Below the pieces are notes generated by a model. The model ran no database searches, was not told the DNA's origin, and worked only from the letters and a program-made list of their open reading frames with translations. A stretch of DNA of 64,000 nucleotides, taken from contig NC_043014.1 of assembly GCF_006345805.1 (NCBI RefSeq), positions 43,772,001-43,836,000 on the forward strand, in the 5' to 3' direction. Positions 1-11,311 of the stretch are shown here, piece after piece (the first letter of the stretch is position 1; each line of letters begins with the position of its first letter). A program made the translations under genes and the position numbers. This DNA comes from Octopus sinensis. Its lineage: Eukaryota.

Positions 1-949
1 ATAATCCTTTCCACTACAGGCACAAGGCCTAAAAGTTTGGAGTAGAGGGTGGGTACACTGGCCCCAGTACTGAACTAGTACTTATTTTATTGACCCTTAA
101 ATAACGAGAGGCAAACTCAACCGTGGTGGAATTTGAACTCGACTGACGAAAATGCTTTGTGGCATTTTGTCCAGCACGTTCATGATTCTGCCATCTCAGA
201 ATAAATACCAAGAAAGAAATTCTTAGATAAAACTATAATAGAAAATTTCAATTTAAATGTGGGGGGTTTTAAAAATGAGATGTTTTATATCATAGCGCCA
301 AAGGCAGTCCTAGCTGGGTTGGTATCAGCAGGGTTAATTTTTTTTTTTTTTATATATATATATATTTTCTACATTCTTTCTAAATTCAAATCTAAGCTTT
401 TCATTTCTCTAGGGGGGTGAGGGTCATTGATATTAAGATCACTGGTCTCAATTTAAGCTAACTATCTACCTCTTCCTGCAACAAATATTCATGGCCTGTA
501 GCAATGTAAAAAAAAAAGAATGATAAAATGACAAAAAAATCAATATCCATTTGGGTTCTATTAGTGTAGAAAATTGGATGTACGGAAAAGTTAAATATAG
601 TGGAAAATTATGATGCATCAATTTCTTACTAGTTTTAATTTATTAAAGCACTTGGATAAGTCGTGTAAAGATACGATGTGTTGCTTTCATCCAATGTACT
701 GTCTGTGCTCTCAACTGTGGTGAATGTCTGTGTGTATGTACATGTGTGTGTGCGTGTGTGTGAAATTTATCCTCAAACATTCTTTTTTGTATAATGTTAT
801 TTTATATGGAAAGTACTCTTCGTCTCTTGTTTTGCATACTCTGACGCACGCGTACCAATTCACCCACTCTCGTAATCACAGTCTACGATATAAGCACAAA
901 ATTAAACACACACATACACATACTCATTTGGTGCACATATATATATAAA

Positions 950-2496
950 CATGTAGTGGAGGCGCAATGGCCCAGTGGTTAGGGCAGCGGACTCGCAGTC
1001 GTAGGATTGCGGTTTCGATTCCCAGACCGGGCGTTGTGTGTGTTTATTGAGCGAAAACACCTAAAATCTCCACGAGGCTCCGGCAGGGGGTGGTGATCCC
1101 TGCTGTACTCTTTCACCACTCTTTCTATCTTCTGTTGGCCTGCACATATATAAACATGTAGTCGAGGCACAATGGCCCAGTGGTTAGAGCAGCGGACTCG
1201 CAGTCATAGGCTCGCGGTTTCGATTCCCAGACTGGGCGTTGTGTGTGTGTTATTGAGCGAAAACACCTAAAAGCTCCACGAGGCTTCTGCAAGGGGTGGT
1301 GATCCCTGCTGTACTCTTTCACCACTCTTTCTATCTTCTGTTGGCCTGCACATATATAAACATGTAGTGGAGACACAATGGCCCAGTGGTTAGAGCAGCG
1401 GACTCGCAGTCGTAGGATCGCGGTTTCGATTCCCAGACCGGGCGTTGTGTGTGTTTATTGAGCGAAAACACCTAAAAGCTCCATGAGGCTCCAGCAGTGT
1501 GGGGGGGGGGGGGTGATCCCTGCTGTACTCCTTCACCACTCTTTCTATCTCCTGTTGGCCTGCACATATATAAACATGTAGTGGAGGCACACTGGCCCAG
1601 TGGTTAGAGCAGCGGACTCGCAGTCGTAGGATCGCGGTTTCGATCCCAGACCGAGCGTTGTGTGTGTGTTTATTGAGTGAAAACACCTAAAAGCTCAACG
1701 AGGCTCCGGCAGGGGGTGGTGATCCTGCTGTACTCTTTCACCACTCTTTCTATCTTCTGTTGGCCTGCACATATATAAACATGTAGTCGAGGCACAATGG
1801 CCCAGTGGTTAGAGCACGGACTCGCAGTCATAGGCTCGCGGTTTCGATTCCCAGACTGGGCGTTGTGTGTGTGTTTATTGAGCGAAAACACCTAAAAGCT
1901 CCACGAGGCTTCTGCAAGGGGTGGTGATCCCTGCTGTACTCTTTCACCACTCTTTCTATCTTCTGTTGGCCTGCACATATATAAACATGTAGTGGAGACA
2001 CAATGGCCCAGTGGTTAGAGCAGCGGACTCGCAGTCGTAGGATCGCGGTTTCGATTCCCAGACCGGGCGTTGTGTGTGTTTATTGAGCGAAAACACCTAA
2101 AAGCTCCATGAGGCTCCAGCAGTGTGGGGGGGGGGGGGTGATCCCTGCTGTACTCCTTCACCACTCTTTCTATCTCCTGTTGGCCTGCACATATATAAAC
2201 ATGTAGTGGAGGCACACTGGCCCAGTGGTTAGAGCAGCGGACTCGCAGTCGTAGGATCGCGGTTTCGATTCCCAGACCGAGCGTTGTGTGTGTGTTTATT
2301 GAGTGAAAACACCTAAAAGCTCAACGAGGCTCCGGCAGGGGGTGGTGATCCCTGCTGTACTCTTTCACCACTCTTTCTATCTTCTGTTGGCTTGCTCGCT
2401 TAGCCAGCGGGGTGGCGTCGTTCGAAGGCTAAAATAATGCGAACGCATTGTGACCAGCAATGTGTAGCAACATCTGATGGTCTGGTCGGTCACGTG
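950..2496 (+). repeat. Tandem array of 7 tRNA-derived SINE 5' halves (205-214 bp units); only the last unit continues into the SINE 3' tail
   Basis: Units start at 950, 1155, 1361, 1575, 1780, 1986 and 2200. Each has an A-box TGGCCCAGTGG and a B-box-like GGTTTCGAT(T)CC. The 13-bp direct repeat ATATAAACATGTA at 943-955 and 2497-2509 is a TSD. Single copies of the family lie at 12340-12665 and 62460-62757. Confidence 0.93.
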
Positions 2497-2859
2497 ATAT
2501 AAACATGTACATGAAATTAAGTACACACACACACACATATACACACCCTGTCTCTAGCGTGTATACACACAAGGTGCATATACAAAAGCTTAAATAAAAC
2601 ATAAGCTGCTTCATCAAGAATCTACTTGCAAATATGGGTATGAGAATGGGTGTGTGGTTAAAAAGTGCAGTTCATAACCTCTTCATTCCAGGTTCAATCT
2701 CACTGTGGGCAACTATTTTTTCCCTTAATCTAACCTCTAGTTGACCAACTCTTTGTAAGTAGACTTTGGTTGGCAGAAACTGTGCAAAACTCGCATGTGT
2801 GTGTAAAAATCAGTAAAGTATTTGAGCATTGATGGAAAAAACTGAAAAAAAAAGGAACA

Positions 2860-3610
2860 TTGCTTATATCCGGCCCAAATATTCTACTCATTTTATGCTC
2901 AAACTGGCCAGAACCAGTATCTCACACCTACCCTGCAATGTCATTCTAAAAATAAACAATTACATCTTTCAAATCTTGAAGCTACAAGATAATACCAGAT
3001 TAATTTTTTTAAATCATCATCAATATCATCATCTTTCGGGGTCTGGTAAGCCATGGAGGCTGCACCAGGCTCTAGTCTGATTTGGCAGTGTTTCTACTGT
3101 TGGATGCCCTTCCTAACGCCAACCGCTCCGTGAGTGTAGTGGGTGATTTTTATGTGCCACCGGCACAGGAGCCAGAGCAGGCTGGCAAATGGCCACGATC
3201 CGATGGTGCTTTTACGTGTCACCGACACGGACGCCAGTCAGGCGACGCTAGTATCTGCCACATTTGAACAGTGCTTTTTACGTGTCACCGGCACAGGAGC
3301 CAGAGCAGGCTGGCAAATGGCCACGATCGGATGGTGCTTTTACGTGTCACCGACACGGATGCCAGTCAGGCGACGCTAGTATCTGCCATATTTGAACAGT
3401 GCTTTTTACGTGTCACCGGCACAGGAGCCACAGCAGGCTGGCAAATGGCCATGATCAGTTGGTGCTTTACGTGTCACCGACACGGACGCCAGTCAAGCGA
3501 CGCTAGTATCTGCCACATTCGAACAGTGCTTTTTACGTGTCACCCGGCACTTGTGTTTTAAGAATAAAGATTACTTTTGGCATATTTAGTTTGAACGCCA
3601 AAGGGTTAAA
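2860..3610 (+). mobile_element. Non-autonomous DNA-transposon-like repeat ending AAAGGGTTAA, interrupted by an RTE 3'UTR fragment
   Basis: 2865-3005 resembles 55150-55310, 29290-29375 and 30520-30723. The right end resumes after 3555 and ends CAAAGGGTTAA at about 3609. Confidence 0.5.
3020..3555 (-). mobile_element. RTE-type LINE 3'UTR fragment with internal ~127-bp (2 x ~63) tandem repeats
   Basis: Same sequence as the region adjoining the RTE ORF end at 33330-33786. The GCAGGCTGGCAAATGG block recurs about every 127-128 bp three times. A (CAT)n-like tail lies at 3015-3035. Confidence 0.75.
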
Positions 3611-3682
3611 CAAAAGCAGTGTATTTCCTCAGAAATATGGTAACAAAAGGGTTAAGACCAATGTCCCTTCAGAACCACAATG

Positions 3683-3780
3683 TTACAGACACTCCTTTGT
3701 TATCCTTGCCATCAGAAACTCAAGAGAATCAGTGATTGGCTTGTTAGAGATCCATAACCAGTGGTGTTTTAATTCATCAG
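3683..3780 (-). CDS. Candidate terminal exon (DELKHHWLWISNKPITDSLEFLMARITKECL*), unknown gene
   Basis: Acceptor TTTATTTTATATTGCAG. Only one of three frames is open (phase 1), in non-repetitive sequence. No homology recognised. Confidence 0.28.
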
Positions 3781-3997
3781 CTGCAATATAAAATAAATAT
3801 ATTTCAACGTTAATAATTCAGGACATTGTCACCTTCTTCTTCAAATTAATCATACGCATGTTTGTGTTAATGAGTTTCCTTCATAAGAAATGTATAGTTG
3901 GAAGTCTCTGAAGTTAATTACCGTTTTTGTTTTCAGTGTATTGAATAATTGACCCCTGATTTTAGACAGACCAATCTAGTTAGTTTGAAAATTTATC

Positions 3998-4065
<68 letters not shown>

Positions 4066-4361
4066 TTAGTATCTGTATTCTATGCTGGTATAGGTCAGAC
4101 AGTTGGATAAGACCTAAGAGGCCAGAAGATTGTGTCATGCTCCAGTGTCTGCCTTAGCATGGCTTTTCTTTTGTTCGATGCCTCTGCTAATGCCAACCAC
4201 TTTACAGAGGGTAGTGGTTGCTATTCTCTGACAAGGGCACTAGTGAAGTCACCCAGTAGCTTGCAAGACAAGACCCCCTTGATTGACATGGGTGTGGTCT
4301 TGAAAGAGGAGGCTTGTGAGAGGCAAGGATATGAGGAAAATGCATTCTTTTTTTCTTTTTT

Positions 4362-4718
4362 CTTTTACTTGTTTCAGTCATTTGACTGTGGCCATGCTGG
4401 AGCACCACCTTTTTAGTCGAGCAAATCGACCTCAGGACTTATTCTTTGTAAGCCTAGTACTTATTCTATCGGTGTCTTTTGCCCCCAGCATCGGTTGTCA
4501 AGCGATGTTGGGGGGACAAACACACACACATATATATATATATATACATATATACGACAGGCTTCTTTCAGTTTCTGTCTACCAAATCCACTCACAAGGC
4601 TTTGGTCGGCCCGAGGCTATAGTAGAAGACACTTGCCCAAGGTGCCATGCAGTGGGACTGAACCCGGAACCATGTGGTTCATAAGCAAGCTACTTACCAC
4701 ACAGCCACTCCTACGCCT
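4362..4718 (-). mobile_element. SINE family A (tRNA-like head, CORE-like block, internal (TA)/(TG) microsatellite, conserved 3' tail)
   Basis: Reverse complement of the head GGCGTAGGAGTGGCTGTGTGGTAAG through the tail ACTGAAACAAGTAAAAG. It matches many other copies in the window. Confidence 0.9.
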
Positions 4719-4789
4719 ACATGGTTCCTCCAGCTGGAAATATCACAAAGAAGATTGTGGAGATGAGATGTTAGGATATATATCTTATT

Positions 4790-5230
4790 TTGTCCCTTTT
4801 ACATGTTTCAGTTATTAAACTGTGGCCATGCTGGGGAATTGCCTTGAAGAATGTTTAGTCGAATGAATCAACCTCAGAACTTTTATTTTAAGACTGGTTC
4901 TTATTCTACCATCCTCTTTTGCTGAACTGCTAAGTTACAGGGATGTAAACACATTAACGCTGCTTGTCAAGATATGGTGGAGAACAAATACAGTCATATA
5001 TATATATATACATATATATATATGATTCACCATGATAGATCACTAAACCTTTATTATTAGCCACTAAACCTTTATTATTTTCTCTCCCTGTTTATTTCTG
5101 TGTTCCTTTCTGTCAAAGAGCATACGCTCAAAACGTAAAAGACTCTCACTTTCTGAGTGTTAAACTAATACATATGTTTGTTGTTTACATATCCATCTTC
5201 ATCTTTTTTTTTCTGTAAATTCTTACCATC

Positions 5231-5261
<31 letters not shown>

Positions 5262-5435
5262 TATATATATATGTATATATGATGGTCTTCTTTCAGTTTC
5301 CGTCTACCCAATCCACTCACAAGGCTTTGGGTCGGCCCGAAGTTATAGTAGAAGACACTTGCTCAAGGTGCTAAGCAGTGGGCCTGAGCCTAGAACCATG
5401 TGGTTAGGAAACAAATTTCTTACCATGCAGTCACA
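4790..5435 (-). mobile_element. Older SINE family A copy split by an inserted Penelope-like fragment (about 5030-5230)
   Basis: The tail half is at 4790-4990 and the head half at 5280-5435. The insert carries a decayed hammerhead-like motif. Confidence 0.6.
5106..5141 (+). ncRNA. Decayed minimal type-I hammerhead-like motif
   Basis: CTTT-CTGTCAA-A-GAGC atac GCTC-AAAA-CGTA-AAAG. Stem I CTTT/AAAG and stem II GAGC/GCTC are intact. The core deviates from CUGANGA/GAAA. Confidence 0.5.
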
Positions 5436-5439
5436 CCTG

Positions 5440-5530
5440 TCTCTTTTGCTCAACCACTAAGTTACGGGGATGTAAACACACCAGCATCAATTGTCAAGCG
5501 ATGTTGGGGGGACAAACACAGACACACACA

Positions 5531-5566
<36 letters not shown>

Positions 5567-5731
5567 TATGTATGACAGGTTTCTTTCAGTGTCCGTCTAC
5601 CAAATCCACTCACAAGGCTTTGGTCAGCCCAAGGCTATAGCAGAAGACACTTGCCCAAGATGCCACGCAGAGGGACTGAACCCGGAAATTTGTGGTTGGT
5701 AAGCAAGCTACTTACCACACAGCCACTCCTA
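5440..5731 (-). mobile_element. SINE family A, partial
   Basis: Head CAGCCACTCCTA at about 5720-5731; internal (CATA)n tract. Confidence 0.85.
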
Positions 5732-5739
5732 CTTAGAAA

Positions 5740-5997
5740 TTATCGCAGGTAACTGGATTCAAACTCTGACCAGTGAGGTTCTGAATAATTATTTACTGAA
5801 TTCAGTTGTTGTGGATTCGTTAAGTCTAGACCTGCGTTATCACAGCTCTGAACTACTTTGGTGCATTTCTGTTGCATGCGACTGTTGCGCTGTTGCAATG
5901 TAGTGCAGCATTCTGGTGAAAGAGTGATGGTGTTATTGCAGCTGTTGTCAAGGTTCCTAATGCAATTACTTATCTTTCGTGCAGCGTATATTCTCCG
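5740..5997 (-). CDS. Candidate exon, 85 stop-free codons (RRIYAARKISNCIRNLDNSCNNTITLSPECC...SEFESSYLR*)
   Basis: The frame opens immediately after ATTGTCTTAG in non-repetitive sequence. It is absent from the ORF track because the first start codon is late. An internal donor is possible; no homology recognised. Confidence 0.35.
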   Translation of the reverse strand, partial: RRIYAARKISNCIRNLDNSCNNTITLSPECCTTLQQRNSRMQQKCTKVVQSCDNAGLDLTNPQQLNSVNNYSEPHWSEFESSYLR

Positions 5998-6079
5998 CTA
6001 AGACAATATCTTATTTTTAGCTCATGTTGGAATTGTGTATGTGCACAGATGCACGTTCAGACGCATGCACAAATGTGTG

Positions 6080-6386
6080 TGTATATATATATATAACATC
6101 TTAGTGCTAAAGATAAATATCTTAAGTAGTGTGTTATATATAATACAAACATATATCTATATATATTATATATATATATAATATACAATATATATATATT
6201 ATATATATATATATATATATAGCATAATTATATTTATATATATATATATAATATATATATATATAGTATATATATAAATATATCTATAATATATATATAA
6301 TATTCTAATATATATATATATATATTATATTATATATATATTTAAATATATATATATATATAATATATTTATATATAATATATAAA

Positions 6387-6424
<38 letters not shown>

Positions 6425-6548
6425 TATATATATTATATATATATATTATAAAATATATTATATATATATATATAATATATTATATATTCAATCATCATCA
6501 TCATCAGAAAGCATATATATATAATATATATATATTATATATATGTAC

Positions 6549-6579
<31 letters not shown>

Positions 6580-6680
6580 GTACATTATATAAATATATAT
6601 ATATATAATAAATATATATATATATATATATATAATATATATATATATAATATTTTATATCTATATCTATATGAGAGAGA
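6080..6680. repeat. Imperfect (TA)n microsatellite block
   Basis: Almost pure A/T dinucleotide sequence. Confidence 0.95.
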
Positions 6681-6928
6681 GTGAGAGAGATAAACATCTT
6701 ATGTTCTATAGTTAGAATGTACACATAATTTCATAAGTGGTTTCTGTGTGACAAGTGAACAAGAGAGCTTCTGTGCTGTTACTACTTGATTCAGTAGAAA
6801 TAGAAACTAAATCTCTCTAAACACAACTTACCTGCTAAAAAGGAGAGGATATTGGACAATATGGTTCAGTTGTACTTGGCTGATAAAATGTAAAGAAAAA
6901 GGGGAAAAAATAATGTATATATATATGT

Positions 6929-7245
6929 ATAGGCGCAAGAGTGGCTGTGTGGTAAGAAGCTTGCTTCCCAACCACATGGTTCCAGGTTCAGTCCCACGGC
7001 ATGGCACCGTGAGCAAGTGTCTTCTACTATAGCCTCAGGGTGACCAAAACCTTCTGAGTGGATTTGGTAGACGGAAACTGAGAGAAACCTGTTGTGTATG
7101 TGTATGTGTGTTTTTGTGTCTGTGTGTGTGTGTATGTATTTGTGTGTATGTGTTTGTTCTCTCACCATTGCTTGACAACCGATGCTGGTGTGTTTACGTC
7201 CTCTGTAACTTAGCGATTCGGCAAAAGAGACCGATAGAATAAGCC
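6929..7245 (+). mobile_element. SINE family A, 3'-truncated
   Basis: Head AGGCGCAAGAGTGGCTGTGTGG; stops at GATAGAATAAG. Confidence 0.85.
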
Positions 7246-7342
7246 ATCAGGTGTACTGTTGGCATGTTTCAGGAAGCATGGAAGTTTTGAAGGATGTAGT
7301 GTTTCGACAGCTAACACCTGATGCACATAGTTGTATATATGT

Positions 7343-7419
<77 letters not shown>

Positions 7420-7994
7420 ATATAATATCATAAGAATTTTATATTAGGTTTTGTTGTTTAGCATAAGGTTAGTCCTTATTGAGCTGGTCTGTGAACAGAT
7501 GCATATCCGTCATGACCCTCCATGTGTGTTATGCACCCAGGGTCACACATACAAATTATCCTTCTTTTCTAAGATGGTAATTTGTGATCCGATGGTGATT
7601 TAGCTGCTACTTCCTGCACGTTGACCATATAAAGGCTCGCAGAAATTCCCCTTTAGCATATCAGGTATATAGCCATTTGGAACGGTCTCTTGGGGGAATG
7701 CAGGGATACAGTCAAGTGACAGGAAGCTATCCTAAATGAATATTTTTCCAAATGCTGATTATATAACCTCAAACTGGTCCTTTAGTTGCTGTGTGTATCG
7801 GTCATCACCTGAAACCTCCTCTGTGTATTAAAACTTTGTGAAATAAATTTCCTATTTACTCTGCTCTGGAATTACCAACACAATGCTCATTCTCACAAGT
7901 ATGTGTGTGTGTGGAGAGAGAGAGAGAGAGAGAGAATAATAAGGTAGTCACTATTCTCAATATACAATATCTGTATATCACTTCAAAAACTTCT

Positions 7995-8016
7995 ACATAT
8001 ACCATATATATATATA

Positions 8017-8067
<51 letters not shown>

Positions 8068-8273
8068 GTATGTATATATGTATATATATTATATAATATA
8101 TATGTATGTATATATGTATGTATATATGTATATATATTATATATATTATATATATATAATATGTATATGTAGATATGTATGTATATATATGTATATATTT
8201 ATAATATATGTATATGTAGATATGTATATGTATATATATATATATAATATGTATATGTAGATATGTATATGTA

Positions 8274-8306
<33 letters not shown>

Positions 8307-8327
8307 GTATATGTAGATATGTACAGG

Positions 8328-8358
<31 letters not shown>

Positions 8359-8479
8359 AGATATGTATGTATATTAATATATATGTATATATATGTGTAT
8401 GTATATTATATATGTATATGTGTATATATATATGTGTGTGTGTATATATATATATATATGTGTATATATTATATATGTG

Positions 8480-8530
<51 letters not shown>

Positions 8531-8570
8531 AGTATATATATATATGTATATATGTGTGTGTGTGTGTGCA
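7995..8570. repeat. Compound (TA)n/(TATG)n/(TG)n microsatellite
   Basis: Directly visible. Confidence 0.95.
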
Positions 8571-8682
8571 TTGAAATCATTCTAACCATTTACTATGAAA
8601 ATTTTAGCTGTAATATGCTTGCTTGTTAAAATAATTGAAAAAACGAAACAAAAGAAACCCACGTAAAACCTAAATAGACACA

Positions 8683-8719
<37 letters not shown>

Positions 8720-8953
8720 AATGGATGAGTAGATAGATAGATAAATAGATGAAATGCATGTTTCTGATGTTTTATTTGTTGCAGTTAGTGGCAATGACAG
8801 TAGTACATGCAGTGTGTGCGGTCATTAGTTTTAATCTGAGATACTGAGCCATAGGTATGTGTTTATTGCTAGTCTGTGGAGGGTTGTTACGGATGGGGTG
8901 ACTCAAACGAGACATCTCGGCTGAAACCATGTACCTCTCGTTTTCTCTCTTAC

Positions 8954-9030
8954 CTTGATTCTTTTGCTCTGTCTTCCTTTAACTCTCTCTTTCTCACATG
9001 CGCAAAACTGTTGATAATTGATAACGCTAC
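8954..9030 (-). CDS. Candidate exon (VALSIINSFAHVRKRELKEDRAKES, or an alternative open frame)
   Basis: Acceptor CCACCCCCCGCTCCTTACGTAG and donor AAG|GTAAGA; 77 nt. The frame is ambiguous. Confidence 0.3.
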
Positions 9031-9928
9031 CTACGTAAGGAGCGGGGGGTGGGGTGGTGTCATAAAACATAACCAGTGTTTATGATGAAGATAAACATCT
9101 TAAGTGCTAGCTACGGTTCCGTTCCGGAGCTTCTAGTCCGGTAATTGCAGCGTAGGAGATAAAGTATACGTGGAAATGACCAATTGAATTCCATGAAGAC
9201 AATTTCAACTACTCTCAATCACCTGTAATTGACCGTGCTTCGCCATTATAAGTTCCAAAAAAAAAATGCATAAAGAACATAAAATAAAATAATGGGGGTA
9301 GAAGAAATGTGCCAAAAAGTATTTTATTACTAATTTTACGATGTAAAAGACAGAGTTTTTCTGTATTTGGCTAATCTGCAATGCAGATGTACGACGGCAT
9401 ATAATACATATTGGGTAATGAATATAGATAGATTCCAGTCAAATCTCTCTCTCTCTCTTCCGCCCACCTCCCTCGACTCTATTTGCCATTATGATCGGTT
9501 GGCATGGTAATTGGAAGTTACAGTTGGCCAAGGAGGTAAGAAATCGAATTGCTGGTTAAACAGTCGGTGCCTCATTTAATATCTCATCATTGTTGATATA
9601 TTGTGTCCTTGGTCAAGACATTTATCATTCAATGGCCTCATCTGCCTACCTTAAATTGATGCTGTACGAAAGTACGGTTTCTTTCAGTATATTAGCAACA
9701 GGTGCAAATTATTATTTCTTTGGCTTGTTTCACTGAGCTCAACCTGTGTGTCTCTATCTTTTTCTCATGATCATTGCTGTCACCACTGAAATAAGACAAG
9801 ATCTTGTTTTAGAGTGGAACGGATTTCTCTTGCACTTAATGCTTTGCAAGCTTTTATAAATTTCGGCTCAGCATTTGTTTTGAGTAAGGTTTAGTGATGA
9901 CTTGGCTAAATGGTTGTATTTCTTATTT

Positions 9929-10157
9929 CTTTACTACTCACAAGGGGTTAAACACAGAGAGGACAAACAAGGACAGACAAATGGATTAAGTCAATTATAT
10001 TGACCCCAGTGCGTAACTGGTACTTATTTAATTGACCCTGAAAGGATGAATGGCAAAGTCGACTTCTGTGGGAATTTGAACTCAGAACGTAATGTCAGAC
10101 AAAATACCGCTAAGCCTTTCGCCCGGCGTGCTAACATTTCTGTTAGCTTGCCGCCTT
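9929..10157 (-). mobile_element. SINE family C, monomer
   Basis: Reverse complement of AAGGCGGCAAGCT...CCCCTTGTGAGTAGTAAAG. Confidence 0.85.
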
Positions 10158-10234
10158 CAATGGTTGTATTTCTTTTAGAGTGGTACATACCAAAGTAAGT
10201 TGAACAGAGGTCCTTTCTGTTCTTTCTCTCCTAC

Positions 10235-10352
10235 AAGAACTTTGTGCAAGGTGCAATACATGGTAGTGGTATGCTCCAAAGATCTATTTATGGTATCATC
10301 ATCAGAGAGAGAACCATTTCTTGCAAGAAGCACCTCCAGTTCTCTGCCATAA
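10235..10352 (-). CDS. Candidate exon (YGRELEVLLARNGSLSDDDTINRSLEHTTTMYCTLHKVL)
   Basis: Acceptor CTTTTTATCACTTAG and donor CTT|GTAGGA; 118 nt, phase 2 to 0, inside track ORF 10175-10423. No homology recognised. Confidence 0.35.
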
Positions 10353-10913
10353 CTAAGTGATAAAAAGGGTTGTTCAAATGTAAATTTTTTTAACTTTACA
10401 TTTGAACAACAATAATTTTGCACAAATCTCTTAAATTTTTGAATCTTGTCAACCTATTCTAGTACATCTAATTAAGAGATAGAAAATCTTATTGAAGATA
10501 AGAGCTTGGTTTCTATAAATAGCTTGAGAGAGTTTAGGATTTTGAATTTAACATTTAGAAATCCTTCAAAAATCATTATTCCATTAAGAAATTTGCCAAG
10601 TTGTCTTGGCATATCAAAACAAATGGAGAATTATTGCTTGACAAAGTATATTGATTTGAATGAATGGTTTCAAAGGTTACTACTGCTAAATAATTGAGAA
10701 TGTTGAGTTGTATTAGTAGGCAGTTAGGTCATACCTACCCAAACTAAAACTGCCACCTCTTAGTATTCTGTATGATATGATTCTATCCGATAGGCTATTG
10801 GTCTTTTAGTTCCATACCATTTGAAGTCACCCGTTTCAAGCTGTTCTTGTTTTAAAGGAAGTAATGAGCTTTCTTGTCTAAGGGTGGAAGCTTTAACCTC
10901 TTTCTTTATCATA

Positions 10914-11311
10914 CACTAGCAGTATCGCCCGGTATTGCTCGGGTTTGCTTCGACCCTTTAGAATTGGAATTTTTGAAAAGTAAAAATTTTGCATTATGTA
11001 GCTTGTTATTCTCTTTAAGTGAACATTTTCCTGGTTGAAATACACCGAAAAATGGCGACACAGCAGTCACAAAATTGTAAAAAAATAGGGATTTTCATAG
11101 AAAAAAAGCACCTTTTTTATGTAAATAATTTTTGCTGTTAACATGGTCCGATTCGAATTTGTTCTTCTAAAGAAGGAAGAACAAGTCTTCTTCTATCAGA
11201 CTTTCAATTTTGGTCAACTTGAGCCACAGGGTCTCAGAGGAGATAGTGTTAGTTGAAGGCTACCAAACCTGCCATACACAGACAACTTCAGCTTTACGTA
11301 TATAGAGAGAT
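10914..11311 (+). mobile_element. Non-autonomous Helitron/Helentron-like element
   Basis: The 5' end ACTAGCAGTATCGCCCGGTATTGCTCGGG has a subterminal hairpin (CCCGG..TCGGG), resembling insect Lep1/DINE-type ends. The 3' end is ACAGACAACTTCAGCTTTACGTATATAGAG, and a second copy of it lies at 18527-18576 (-). Confidence 0.6.

Noticed and set aside
950-2496. tRNA gene cluster or CRISPR-like array
   Set aside because: The heads lack a complete acceptor stem and run into SINE body sequence. Units are wholly repeated, with no unique spacers.
10440-10910. Possible coding or LINE fragment next to the Helitron-like element
   Set aside because: No motif recognised in any frame; multiple stops.
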